A DNA stretch of 63,962 nucleotides, filler included, from Candidatus Desantisbacteria bacterium CG1_02_49_89 (GCA_001871075.1; 4 parts of 4 records of this genome joined end to end with filler, not necessarily neighbours in it); one strand, 5' to 3'. Positions 9,737 to 20,287 are shown, counted from the first letter of the whole stretch. A program made the numbers and translations. The notes: generated from the letters alone by a model not told the origin.

Positions 9737-11647
9737 ATGAGAAAGCTGATCTTGCTGGTTGTGGTAGCGGGATTGGGGATACTGGCGGCAGGGCAGGCGT
9801 TTACGCAGGAAGCAGCTCCGGCAGCCCAGGCGGAAGAACAAAAACCCGCGGTTGAAGCGCAGAAGGTTGCGTCGGTAACTCCCAGGCAGGCTTCCCTGAG
9901 TTCGGTAAAAGGCGAAGTCTTCATTCAGAAAGGGGACGCGGCGCCTGTGCCGGCGAAAAAAGGCGACGGCCTGAATGCGGGCGATAAGGTCATCACGAAA
10001 AACGGAAGGGCTGAGCTCACGCTTGATGACGGCAGCCTGCTGAAACTGAAGGAAAATGCCATGCTCGAGATCCAGGACCTGAACGAGGAAGTGGAGACGA
10101 AAAAGAAAAATTCGATATTCAAGCTGTTATCCGGAAAACTGTGGGCGAAGGCGGAAGCGCAGAAGGCAGGCAATTTTAAGGTTGCCACCCCCGCGGCTAT
10201 CGCCGGCATACGCGGGACGGTTTTCGGCATAACCGTTAACCCGGACAATTCAGGCAATATCTACGTTTTTGAGGGCGAGGTTGAGGCGTTCGGCTTGACA
10301 GGCGAGTGGGCAACTGTCATACCGACCGGGAGAGTTTTCGCTGTGTCAAGCGAAGGCGGCCAGGGCCAGATACGCGAACTGACCGGGGACGAGCTGAAAG
10401 AATGGAAGAAGGATTTTGAGGAACAGGCAGAGGAACAGGGAGAGGGGAAAGGCGAGGAAAAGAAGGAAAAGAAGGAACAGAAACCTGTCAAGACAAAGGG
10501 CCTGGGATTGGACGGCGTGATAGGCGCGGTGAACCTTGACGGGAAAATGTATTACAGGGTCGCTTTCCAGCCTATACTGAAATTCGGAAAACTTAAAGCG
10601 GCTCTTAATCTCGCTATCACCTGGAACGACACCGGGATCAAGTGGGATAACACGGTGGACGATTACCTTAACCTTCTCCTGTATCTCCAGTGGGCTGAGA
10701 AGGGCGAAAGGCCGCTCTATTTCAGGTTCGGAAATCTTGACAACGCTACGCTGGGCAACGGGTACATAGTCAACGGGTATTCAAACCTGACGCTTGCGGC
10801 AATGCAGGGCGGGTACAGGGCGATGGGGCTTGAATTCGACCTGGATTTCAAAGGCGGGGGAGTTGAATCCGTTATCAACAACGTCTTCAGCCCCTCGGTT
10901 TGCGGCATAAGGCCTTTCTTCCGGCCTCTGTGCATGGTCCCGATCCTGGAAAGGTTCGTTATCGGCGCCTCATTGGCTACTGACCTTGTGACCGGCCCGA
11001 TCATAGCGACCGCAACCGTGCCGGAACCAAGCGTCCAGATCTATGGAGTGGATATGAGCACGCCGATAGTGGGCAAATGGTGCATATGGTTCGCGGATGC
11101 CGCGCAGCTTATGACAAACTGGTCCGTGAACCACGGGAACGGCTGGGCAACCGGTTTCAAGGGCGATATCTGGATACTTTCCTACAGGGTGGAATACAGG
11201 AACCAGGATTCCGATTTCATCTCCAGGTATTTCAGCGGTTTCTACGAAACTAACAAGCCGCTGGCGCTTGCTGCCCACGATCCTTTAAGGTACACGGGTT
11301 ATTACGGGGAGCTGGGCATAGACTTATTCAAGTTCGCGTCCATAAATTTTTCGTATGAAGACTCACTTGACGTTGCATGTGTAAGCAAGGGTGGGTACCC
11401 GAAGCTGCGCGGCGTGCTTACGCTCAACGACAGCCTGTTCATGATGCTGAAACAGAAAATAGTGGTTTCAGCCGGCTACGAAATGACGGATATGAAGGAT
11501 CAGGCCAGGTCGCAGTCCATTTTACAGGTGAGCCTGCTCTACGGTGTTTCAAGCAACGTGGATGCGATGTACTCGTTCACGCAGAAGCAATCACCCGGTG
11601 CAAGTCCGATCACAACGTCGTCTGTAGGGACGCAGATACACTTTTAG
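9737..11647 (+). CDS. Secreted FecR-domain protein fused to a predicted outer-membrane beta-barrel
   Basis: Signal peptide; TPAAIAGIRGT FecR motif; amphipathic strands; terminal Phe. Confidence 0.7.
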   Translation: MRKLILLVVVAGLGILAAGQAFTQEAAPAAQAEEQKPAVEAQKVASVTPRQASLSSVKGEVFIQKGDAAPVPAKKGDGLNAGDKVITKNGRAELTLDDGSLLKLKENAMLEIQDLNEEVETKKKNSIFKLLSGKLWAKAEAQKAGNFKVATPAAIAGIRGTVFGITVNPDNSGNIYVFEGEVEAFGLTGEWATVIPTGRVFAVSSEGGQGQIRELTGDELKEWKKDFEEQAEEQGEGKGEEKKEKKEQKPVKTKGLGLDGVIGAVNLDGKMYYRVAFQPILKFGKLKAALNLAITWNDTGIKWDNTVDDYLNLLLYLQWAEKGERPLYFRFGNLDNATLGNGYIVNGYSNLTLAAMQGGYRAMGLEFDLDFKGGGVESVINNVFSPSVCGIRPFFRPLCMVPILERFVIGASLATDLVTGPIIATATVPEPSVQIYGVDMSTPIVGKWCIWFADAAQLMTNWSVNHGNGWATGFKGDIWILSYRVEYRNQDSDFISRYFSGFYETNKPLALAAHDPLRYTGYYGELGIDLFKFASINFSYEDSLDVACVSKGGYPKLRGVLTLNDSLFMMLKQKIVVSAGYEMTDMKDQARSQSILQVSLLYGVSSNVDAMYSFTQKQSPGASPITTSSVGTQIHF

Positions 11648-11699
11648 TAAAACAAACGGATGCAGGCGGATTAGAAGACCGGATTCAGACTGATAGAAG

Positions 11700-11730
11700 A
11701 AAAAGAGCCGCTTCATGCGGCTCTTTTTTT
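11700..11730 (+). terminator. Rho-independent terminator
   Basis: AAAAAGAGCCGC-TTCAT-GCGGCTCTTTTTTT. Confidence 0.85.
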
Positions 11731-11810
11731 ATGACTTCAGGTATTAAGGCAAACGGTTGCACAAAAATCAAGTCCGCTGGAAATAAAAGACAGCGGATTT
11801 TTTTTATTTC

Positions 11811-11869
11811 TTGACTTTTTCCTTAAAGTCTGATATAATAATCTTAATTTGCGTAAACGTTTACGCAAA
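11811..11869 (+). promoter_or_regulatory. Sigma70 promoter plus LacI-type operator
   Basis: TTGACT-17-TATAAT (TG-extended), then perfect 22-bp palindrome TTTGCGTAAACGTTTACGCAAA at 11848-11869. Confidence 0.85.
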
Positions 11870-12026
11870 AGCTGTAAAAACACTACCTCATTATTACACT
11901 CCTTACACTTTCTCCTATATAATATATGATCAACGCGCCAGGCATGCTCCCTTTATGCGCCCCATACCGCCCTTTCCGGAATTTATGAAAAATATTGCGA
12001 AAAAAAATCACGCCGAGGAGAAAAAG

Positions 12027-13073
12027 ATGACCAAATTTACCATCAGTGACATAGCAAGGATAGCGGGAGTTTCGCTGGCTACGGTTTCCCGCGCCCTGAA
12101 CAACAAGCCGCGCATAAGCACGGTCACAAGAGATAAAATATTGGAAATCGCCAGCAGGAACGGATACAATCCCAATCCGCTTGCCAGGGGCCTGAGCAGG
12201 GGGAGAACGAATAACATAGGCCTTGTGGTCATAGACATAACCAACCCCTTTTATTCCCCCATCATCCAGGCGGTAGAGAAAAGGGCTGAAGAAGAAGGTT
12301 ATAATCTTCTTGTCGTAAATTCGCAGCATTCTTCCGCGAGGGAGGAAAAATACATCAACAGTCTTGTCCAGCAGAGGGTTTCGGGCATCATTGTTTCTCC
12401 CGTGCAGGACCCCAGAAAATACCTGGGTATGCTTAAGAAAAGGAAGATACCTGTCGTTTTCCTGTATCCCCCGTCAGGAGCAAAGTGCGACAGCGTTGAC
12501 GTGGATAACGTAAAGGGGGCTTATGGCGCAGTCACCCACCTTATTAAGCTCGGACACCGCCAGATTGCTTACATAAGCCGCGGTTTACTGCACAGGCATC
12601 CTTCTTCCAAACGCCTGCTCGGATACAAGAAAGCCCTCCGGAGCAGCGGCATACCTTTCAATGAAAAGTTCATGGTGAAGACGATCACAGACCAGGGCAG
12701 GATTGAGGAAGGTTACCAGGCGACCCTGAAGCTGCTTTCTAACGGCGTGAGGCCCACCGCAATTTTTGCGTTCAACGACCTGATCGCGATGGGCTGCCTT
12801 AAAGCCCTGAAGGAGAAGGGTTTGAAAGTGCCTGATGACATGGCTGTGGTCGGATTTGATGACATTGAATTCGCTCCGTTCCTGGAAGTTCCGCTTACAA
12901 CCGTCAGAATACCGGAATACGAAGTAGGTGAAATAGCGGTAAAACTTTTATTTGAAAGGATAGACAGCGGCAGGATGAACGGGAAATACAGGAAGGTCTG
13001 CCTTTCTCCGGAACTGGTGATCAGGAAATCGTGCGGTTCAAAAAATTCAAACCTTATACAGGAAAAGGAATAA
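12027..13073 (+). CDS. LacI-family transcriptional regulator
   Basis: TISDIARIAGVSLATVSRALN HTH; YNPNPLARGL hinge; VVGFDD. Confidence 0.96.
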   Translation: MTKFTISDIARIAGVSLATVSRALNNKPRISTVTRDKILEIASRNGYNPNPLARGLSRGRTNNIGLVVIDITNPFYSPIIQAVEKRAEEEGYNLLVVNSQHSSAREEKYINSLVQQRVSGIIVSPVQDPRKYLGMLKKRKIPVVFLYPPSGAKCDSVDVDNVKGAYGAVTHLIKLGHRQIAYISRGLLHRHPSSKRLLGYKKALRSSGIPFNEKFMVKTITDQGRIEEGYQATLKLLSNGVRPTAIFAFNDLIAMGCLKALKEKGLKVPDDMAVVGFDDIEFAPFLEVPLTTVRIPEYEVGEIAVKLLFERIDSGRMNGKYRKVCLSPELVIRKSCGSKNSNLIQEKE

Positions 13074-13076
13074 CCC

Positions 13077-16000
13077 ATGAAAAAATTCAATCCAATATTT
13101 TTTATCTGTTTGCTGCTTGTTTTAACCTTACACCTTACACCCTGCACCTTACACTGCTACGCCGCAGAGCGCGGCTTAGTGGCTTATTGGAGCTTCGACG
13201 AGGGCAAGGGCCAGATCTCGGAAGACCTGTCAGGCAACAGGCATGACGCGGTCATAAACGGCGCGGCGTGGGAGAAGGACGGCATAGGGTTCTGCCTTTC
13301 CTTTGACGGGGCTTTAAACCTTGTTGAGGTAAAGCACGCGAATGACCTTGGCCTTACAACCGCGGGCACGGTTATGTTCTGGATGAAGGCGTCCGGTTCA
13401 AACAGCGCCTGGCAGAACGTGATTCGCAAGTGGGGCGGGGATTCGCGCAATTACGGCATATACCTGAACGTTGATAACGGCAATCTCGCGTGGTCCGCTT
13501 CCTACAGGGAAAATCCGGCTCCTTTCAGCGATGCTGCTTCGGGTTTTATTGCCTGGGACGATACCTGGCACCATATCGCGGTCGTGTTCAACGGCTCTGA
13601 GCCAAAGGTCGCTTTTTACGTAGACGGCTCTGAATACTACAGCGCAGACCCGGGTTTCGCGGAAATGAAGACCAACAACGAAGCCCTTGCGATAGGCGAC
13701 CATTTTCCCGGAATGATGGACGAGGTGAAGATCTACAACCGCGCCCTCACTTCCGAGGAAATAGAGAAGTATTATTTTGAGACGAGTAAAAGACTCGGTG
13801 AAACACCCAAGGAAAAGAAATCCGACAGGACCCCTTTGGGGGAGAAGAAGGTTGAAAAGGCTGTTCCCGCGAAAACAGAAAAGAAAAAAGAAGCAGGGCC
13901 CAAGGGACTTGTAAGTTATTACGGGTTTGAGCCCAATGACCCCGAAGAATGGGCGCCAAGCCCGGGCGGAACCGTTACAGCAGAGAAGAAGGAAGTGATA
14001 TCCGGAAAATCCTCTATGGAAGGCAACAGCATGGGATCTTCAAGTGACTGGAACGAGTTCTTCCACTCGGATCCCGCGAAGCTTCCGTTTGAAGGCGGCA
14101 AGACATATACAGTCTATTTCAAGTACAAGGTCCTTGACAAGGGAGACAGCTCAAAATCTTATTTTCTGATGCGCTCAACAATAGGCGGAGCGCCCGGACC
14201 TTCTGATAAGGGCTGGACAGATATAACAGAGGAACCCGGGGAAGAAGGCGCTAAAACTATAACTTTCGCGCTCGATGATTTTCCCGATTATCTTATTATC
14301 ATAGGTATTTATAAACAGAGTTCAATTGTCATAGATGACCTTGCCGTATTCGAAGGTGAAGTGGACGAAGGGATGATAGAAAGCGTTATTAAGGATCTGA
14401 ACAGGAACAAGCCTAAAGAACAAAAGGAACCTATAAAAAAAGAGGTTACCAAAGAACCTATAAAGGATAACAAGAGAACCGAAGTTAAGGAACCTGTTGA
14501 GCCCGTTAATGAGGAATGGCGCGCGCTGTACGTGCCGGGGGGCGGGTTCTGGAGCAAGAGGATAGGCATAGACCTGCAGGACGTTTCGGGCGAGGGGGTT
14601 GCAGGCGAGCCGGTGGACATAAAGATCGGCAGGCAGAAGGGAGAGATCGGCCTGGCGGGTTTTGAAGCAAGGGAAGTAAGGGTGTGCGATGACAGGGGCA
14701 ATGAATTCATTTTTTCAATATATGACGCAAAGGGCATACCCCTGAGAGAGGGAAAGATCCCTGAAGGCGGGCTTCTTACCATCCCGGCCGAGCTGAAACC
14801 CGGAGCTTCAAAGCGCTATTACGTTTATTTTGACAACCCGTCAGCCTGGCTTGTGCCGGATTACTTTGAAATAACCAGGGAGGTCCGCAATAACGGGTTT
14901 GAGGAAAAGACCTGGTGGGAGTGGGCAGGGGCGCAAAGGGTCACGGACAAATATTATTCCGGCGCGGCGAGCGCGCGGCTTGAGGCGGACGGCAGCAACG
15001 GGGAAGGGCCTTATACCCTGTTTATGCCTGTGCCTGAGAGTACCTCGTTTGTCCTGACAGTCTCGTTTATGTACGACATAGACATAACCGACGGAAGGTA
15101 CTGGATGAGCGTTTTCCACTATGACAAGAACGGCAACGCGATACCCAGGGCGCCCGGAGCCGCCGAGGGTCACTCGGATATTTTTACAACCGACAAATCC
15201 ACTAACGGCTGGAAAAAGTTCAGCATTACAATGGGCCAGTCCGGTTCAGGAGCGGATTTCATACTTCCCGAAGGCACGGCGAAAATGAAGCTAAGGGGAT
15301 GTTTCTGGGACGCGGACGGTTCCAACACGGGTATAGCGTGGCTGGATGATTTCAACATTGAAGGAATTGAGAAAAATCCTTCCAATGTCCGGGCATCTGT
15401 GAAACAACTTGAAAAAATGGATCTGCGACGCTCAGCTGCGGTAAAACCACAGTGGCTTTCAGACCAGGGCAAGACCTGGGAATACAGGATGCCTGTGGAG
15501 ATCAGGAATTTCGCTTCGCAGGATATAAGCAACTCAATGCTGTTTGTGAACACGCTGAGGTTCAGGGTAAGGATGAAAGGGCTTGCGACTGACGCTTCTA
15601 TAAGGGTTGCTGACGCGGAAGGCAGGATAATACCGCATTCGAGCTTCACGGACAACGTGGTGTTCTCGGGAAGCTGCAAGCCGTTCGGCGCCGGCATTTA
15701 CTATATCTATGCGTCAAAAGACCCCGGAATAACAGGTTCGTCTTCAGGGCCAGGCGACCTTGCAAAGAGCAAATCAAACCTTGTTAAGAACCCGGATTTT
15801 GAGGAAGGAGAAGGTCTGCCTGCGGGCTGGAGGTCAGAGGTTGAAGTCGGCAAAGAAGGGGACCAGGTCATATACAGCAAGGACCCCAATGTCAAGTATG
15901 AGTGGCTTAAGGCAGGGATATCAGGGAACCGCTGCGTAAAAATGGAGGTTTCGCCTGACGCGCCTTCCGCGTGGCGGGGCTGGAGGCAGATAGTTCCGGT

Positions 16001-18041
16001 AAAACCCGGCAAGTCCTACTTCTACGGCGGTTACGTGAAAACCGAAAATATTGAAGGTGAAGTCAGGATGCATATACATTTTCTCGACAAAAGCGGCAAG
16101 CTGTGCGGCACTAAATTCTTTGCCACTCCTGACAGCCTGAAAGGCACCAACGACTGGACAATGCTGACAGCTATGCTGACCACCCCGCCTGACTGCGTTT
16201 CAGTTGAGATACACCTTACTATGGATGCCAGGGGCACGATCTATCACGACACGGTTGTGCTGTGCGAGGCAATGGACGCTGTTGCCGGCAACATTGAAAG
16301 CCTTATACCTTCAAAGGAAGGGATAGCCGCATGGCAGGTAAACCCGATAATAAAGGTGTTCCAGGATGACCCTGCCAGGGAAACCCCGAAGGAATTTTCT
16401 ATTTCTTCGGCGCGGAACGAAAAAGAACCTTTGCAGGTCGCGATCCGCAGCGCTAAGGACCTGAAGGGCGTTAACGTAAGAGTTGAACTGCCCGCCGATG
16501 AGGCGGGGGCAAAACTCCAGGACTTCAAGATCGAGAGAATAGGGTTTGTTCCATGCGACGTCAATTCTAATTATTTCAGTTCAGACCTTCCTTCCTGGCG
16601 CAGAAATATACCCAACGGCGGTCCGGGTTCAGACGGGTGGCCGGGTATATGGCCTGACCCTGTGCTTCCGCTAAGGCAGTTTGACCTTCCTGCGAACACA
16701 ACCCAGCCTGTGCTTATAACCGCGAGCATACCGAAGAACGCGAAACCCGGAGACTATACCGGTAAAGTCATTATTGAATCAGGCGGTAAGCCGCTCATAA
16801 CAGCGCCTTTCAGGATAAAGGTGTGGGATTTTGAGCTTCCTGACGAATCCCACCTAACAGCGCTGTTCGATCTGGGCAACGGGCCGGGGTGGAGCTTCCT
16901 GGATATGACTAACAGGAAACTGTGGTACAAACTTATGGCAGAGCACAGGGTATGCGCGAATGCCATAGAGCCGGGCCCTGTGATAAACTACAGTAATGGA
17001 AGAGTTACGCTGGACACTACCGAATTCGACAAAATGGCAAAATATTATTTCGACGATCTGAAAATGAATAAGACCTATCTGCCCGGGATCTTCTACAGCT
17101 TCGGCTGGGGATTTGAGCCCAGGGGTATTTACGGATTCTCGTACCCATCCGAAGGATATAAGGAAGCGTACCAGACCGTGCTGAAAGCGGTATGGGAGCA
17201 CGTGAAGGAAAAGGGCTGGGACAAGAAATTCCTCCTGTATATATCAGATGAGCCGGATGCCTGGAATTCCGTGGTGGGAAAGCGGATGGTGGAGCAGATG
17301 AAGGGCGTGTGCGACATAATACACGAGGCGGCTCCTGACGTGAACATATATTCCAGCACCTGGAGGTTTGTGCCTGAATGGGTGGGATATCTGGACGTGT
17401 GGGGAGTGGGCAATTATGGATGTTTTCCCGTGGATGAAATGGAGCGCAGGCTGAAGGACGGGGATAAACTGTGGTTCACGACTGACGGGACTATGTGCCT
17501 GAACACGCCTTATAACGCGATAGAAAGGCTGTACCCGTATTTCTGTTTCAAATACGGGGTTTCAGCCTATGAATTCTGGGATATATCCTGGTGGACATAC
17601 GATCCGTTCAAGTTCGGGTGGCACACCTACCTTCCGCATGTTTTCAAGCCGGGCGACAAGCCAATAGGGGTAAGGTACCCCAACGGGGACGGGTTCCTCA
17701 CGTATCCAGGCTGGCTTGCCGGTGAAACCGGGCCGCTTAGCTCTGTGCGTTTTGAGCAGGTAAGGGAAGGGATGGAAGACTACGAGTATATGTATATCCT
17801 TAAGAACCGCATTGACGCCGCGAAAAAGAAATCTTCTGGAGTGCAAGCCTTTTCGAAGACCCGCCAAGGTATTGATGGAGGGAGGCTTGCAGAAGCCGAG
17901 GCAGCGCTTGAGAAAGCAAGAGCTCTTGTTACAATACCCAACGCCGGCGGCACGAACTCAACAAAGATCCTGCCTGACCCGGACGCGGTTTTAAAGATAC
18001 GCGAAGAAATGGCGCGGGCGATATTGGGGCTGGCAGAGTAG
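13077..18041 (+). CDS. Large secreted multidomain glycoside hydrolase (LamG, CBM-like jelly rolls, GH123/DUF4091-like catalytic region)
   Basis: Signal peptide; YWSFDEG..MDEVKIYNRAL; NPDFEEG; YISDEP; NGDGFLTYPG; SVRFEQVREGMEDYEY. Confidence 0.8.
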   Translation: MKKFNPIFFICLLLVLTLHLTPCTLHCYAAERGLVAYWSFDEGKGQISEDLSGNRHDAVINGAAWEKDGIGFCLSFDGALNLVEVKHANDLGLTTAGTVMFWMKASGSNSAWQNVIRKWGGDSRNYGIYLNVDNGNLAWSASYRENPAPFSDAASGFIAWDDTWHHIAVVFNGSEPKVAFYVDGSEYYSADPGFAEMKTNNEALAIGDHFPGMMDEVKIYNRALTSEEIEKYYFETSKRLGETPKEKKSDRTPLGEKKVEKAVPAKTEKKKEAGPKGLVSYYGFEPNDPEEWAPSPGGTVTAEKKEVISGKSSMEGNSMGSSSDWNEFFHSDPAKLPFEGGKTYTVYFKYKVLDKGDSSKSYFLMRSTIGGAPGPSDKGWTDITEEPGEEGAKTITFALDDFPDYLIIIGIYKQSSIVIDDLAVFEGEVDEGMIESVIKDLNRNKPKEQKEPIKKEVTKEPIKDNKRTEVKEPVEPVNEEWRALYVPGGGFWSKRIGIDLQDVSGEGVAGEPVDIKIGRQKGEIGLAGFEAREVRVCDDRGNEFIFSIYDAKGIPLREGKIPEGGLLTIPAELKPGASKRYYVYFDNPSAWLVPDYFEITREVRNNGFEEKTWWEWAGAQRVTDKYYSGAASARLEADGSNGEGPYTLFMPVPESTSFVLTVSFMYDIDITDGRYWMSVFHYDKNGNAIPRAPGAAEGHSDIFTTDKSTNGWKKFSITMGQSGSGADFILPEGTAKMKLRGCFWDADGSNTGIAWLDDFNIEGIEKNPSNVRASVKQLEKMDLRRSAAVKPQWLSDQGKTWEYRMPVEIRNFASQDISNSMLFVNTLRFRVRMKGLATDASIRVADAEGRIIPHSSFTDNVVFSGSCKPFGAGIYYIYASKDPGITGSSSGPGDLAKSKSNLVKNPDFEEGEGLPAGWRSEVEVGKEGDQVIYSKDPNVKYEWLKAGISGNRCVKMEVSPDAPSAWRGWRQIVPVKPGKSYFYGGYVKTENIEGEVRMHIHFLDKSGKLCGTKFFATPDSLKGTNDWTMLTAMLTTPPDCVSVEIHLTMDARGTIYHDTVVLCEAMDAVAGNIESLIPSKEGIAAWQVNPIIKVFQDDPARETPKEFSISSARNEKEPLQVAIRSAKDLKGVNVRVELPADEAGAKLQDFKIERIGFVPCDVNSNYFSSDLPSWRRNIPNGGPGSDGWPGIWPDPVLPLRQFDLPANTTQPVLITASIPKNAKPGDYTGKVIIESGGKPLITAPFRIKVWDFELPDESHLTALFDLGNGPGWSFLDMTNRKLWYKLMAEHRVCANAIEPGPVINYSNGRVTLDTTEFDKMAKYYFDDLKMNKTYLPGIFYSFGWGFEPRGIYGFSYPSEGYKEAYQTVLKAVWEHVKEKGWDKKFLLYISDEPDAWNSVVGKRMVEQMKGVCDIIHEAAPDVNIYSSTWRFVPEWVGYLDVWGVGNYGCFPVDEMERRLKDGDKLWFTTDGTMCLNTPYNAIERLYPYFCFKYGVSAYEFWDISWWTYDPFKFGWHTYLPHVFKPGDKPIGVRYPNGDGFLTYPGWLAGETGPLSSVRFEQVREGMEDYEYMYILKNRIDAAKKKSSGVQAFSKTRQGIDGGRLAEAEAALEKARALVTIPNAGGTNSTKILPDPDAVLKIREEMARAILGLAE

Positions 18042-18257
18042 TGGCAGAGCTTGCTCTGCAATTTGAAAAGCGTGTCAACGTGTCAACGTATCAGCGTGTC
18101 AGAGCAACGGCAAGGTAGCCGCAGGCTTCAGCCTGCGTGTAGGGGCGGGCTTGCCCGCCCGAAGCTTGCCCTGAACCCGAGCGTGCGAGTGGTTCGGGGG
18201 TAGCCACAACCTTTAGGTTGCGTAGGGCATTTGTAACTCAGGGCTTTAGCCCTGAGT
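18038..18257 (+). repeat. Cluster of different GTAG-headed REP hairpins plus GTGTCAAC octamers
   Basis: GTAG/GTAA heads at 18038, 18115, 18139, 18200, 18233, each followed by a distinct stem-loop. Confidence 0.82.
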
Positions 18258-18365
18258 TTAATCACCGTAATCAGTAGTTAAAAATCACTGGAATTCGTCG
18301 TTTATCGACAAAACACACAAAGAATGTTGCGAAGCAAAGATCTTCAGTAACAAAAGGAGCGACGT

Positions 18366-19100
18366 ATGAAAAAATTAATTTTAGTTATTTTGGTATTAAC
18401 GTTCAACTTTCAACTTTCAACTATGAACTGTGCCGGCGCGGACGACAAGGTGGTCATCAAGAAGGCTAAGTCCGCGATGGCAATAGACGGCAAACTGGAA
18501 GACTGGAAGGGCTATGAGGCGATAAAGCTGAATGCGCCTGAGCAAAGCACCAACCCTGACAAGGATCCAAAGGATTTTTCTTCAGTATGCTATGTCGCGT
18601 GGGATAAAGACAACTTATATTTTGCAGCTGATGTCACGGATGATCTTGTTTCCTGCGAGGATATCACAACATCGGATTTCCAGCACTGCGATTATTACAG
18701 GTTCTATCTGGATATGGGGAATAACAGGAACGAGGGCAGCGGGAATATGGATGACGATGATTTTGAGTTCGTGTTCACACCTTCAGGGCCTGATAAGAAG
18801 CCGATGGTGCGAGAGGTTTCAAAGGCGTTCGGCGGAGAAGGCCACGGCCTTGATCTGAGCAAAGTAAAAGTAGCTGCAGGGCTTGCCCTGCCTGATAAAA
18901 AGGGCTGGATTCTTGAAGCCGCCATTCCCTGGAGCATGATAGGAACCACGCCCAAGGAAGGGACAGCATTCGGCATAAAGTTCATAACAGGGGATACGGA
19001 CCAGGAAGGGCAGAGGGAAGACGAATATATCTGGGGGGACATGAGCGGCAGCTACTGGCAGGACCCGACAAAGTTCGGCTCCGCCATCCTCGGACAGTAA
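18366..19100 (+). CDS. Secreted CBM9/DOMON-like sugar-binding protein
   Basis: IDGKLEDW, WDKDNLYFAADVTDD, LEAAIPW. Confidence 0.82.
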   Translation: MKKLILVILVLTFNFQLSTMNCAGADDKVVIKKAKSAMAIDGKLEDWKGYEAIKLNAPEQSTNPDKDPKDFSSVCYVAWDKDNLYFAADVTDDLVSCEDITTSDFQHCDYYRFYLDMGNNRNEGSGNMDDDDFEFVFTPSGPDKKPMVREVSKAFGGEGHGLDLSKVKVAAGLALPDKKGWILEAAIPWSMIGTTPKEGTAFGIKFITGDTDQEGQREDEYIWGDMSGSYWQDPTKFGSAILGQ

Positions 19101-19447
19101 CAAAGATTTCCACGAAATCACTCCGCCCCGATGTCCATCGGGGCGAGACTTCGCCCACCTGGAAGTATGGGCGAGGAAAGTATCACGAAAGCACGAAATG
19201 TAACTCAGGGCTTCAGCCCTGATTGTTTAACCAAATGTAGCGGTCGGATTTATCCGACATAATGTTGCCTGCCCTGCGAAGCCTTGGCGTAGTAGGGTCA
19301 TTGCGACCCGCCTTTGTCCGCCAATTCTTATGGAGGAAATATTCGTGGCGGGGAAGCCCCGAAGGGACCCCTTTGGGGCAATCTTAAAGTCACAAATTGT
19401 GACCAGTTCAAAACCATCAGTTTTGGATGTATAAAGGAGTAGGCATA

Positions 19448-20287
19448 ATGCAGGCGGATACTAAAATCGCGATTTTTAAAGGCAGGAAAGTCAGGAGAAC
19501 CTTATATCAGAACGAGTGGTGGTTTGTCATAAACGATGTTGTGGAAGTGTTAACCGATACACCGAATGTAAAAGACTATATTCGTAAAATGCGTATAAGG
19601 GATAAGGAGCTCGCTAAAGGGTGGGGACAATTTGTCACCCCCCTTTTAGTGGAGACTGAAGGCGGAGTTCAAAAATTGAACTGCGCTAATACGGAAGGTA
19701 TGTTCCGCATCATCCAGTCTATTCCCTCACCTAAGGCGGAACCGCTTAAGCGCTGGCTTGCTAAGGTAGGATATGAGCGCGTTCAGGAGATAGAGAATCC
19801 TGAACTTGCTACGAAAAGAACGCGAGTACTATACAAGCTTAAGGGCTATAGCGACGATTGGATTGAAAAGCGCATACGCGGTATTGCTATTCGGGATGAG
19901 CTGACCGATGAATGGCAAAAACGCGGCGCGCAGGAAGACAAGGATTACGAGATTTTGACAGCAGAAATATCAAAAGCGACGTTTGGGATTACCCCTTCCG
20001 AATATATGGACATTAAAGGGCTTAAGCGGGAAAACCTGCGCGACCATATGGATGATTTTGAACTGATTTTTACCATGTTGGGAGAGCGTGCCACAACCGA
20101 GATCCATCGTAACGAAGATTCAGAGGGAGTAAATAAGCTTAAAGCGGATTCTCACGCCGGCGGAAAAATTGCCGGTGATGCCCGCAAAGCCCTGGAGAAA
20201 CGTTTAAAAAGGCCTATTGTCTCAAGCCATAACTACTTAGAAAAAAAGGAATTCCAGAAAAGATTACCCCGAAGGCACGAAATGTAA
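19448..20287 (+). CDS. Bro-N domain protein (antirepressor-like)
   Basis: WWFVINDVV, RIIQSIPSPKAEP, KRENLRDHM. Confidence 0.88.
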   Translation: MQADTKIAIFKGRKVRRTLYQNEWWFVINDVVEVLTDTPNVKDYIRKMRIRDKELAKGWGQFVTPLLVETEGGVQKLNCANTEGMFRIIQSIPSPKAEPLKRWLAKVGYERVQEIENPELATKRTRVLYKLKGYSDDWIEKRIRGIAIRDELTDEWQKRGAQEDKDYEILTAEISKATFGITPSEYMDIKGLKRENLRDHMDDFELIFTMLGERATTEIHRNEDSEGVNKLKADSHAGGKIAGDARKALEKRLKRPIVSSHNYLEKKEFQKRLPRRHEM

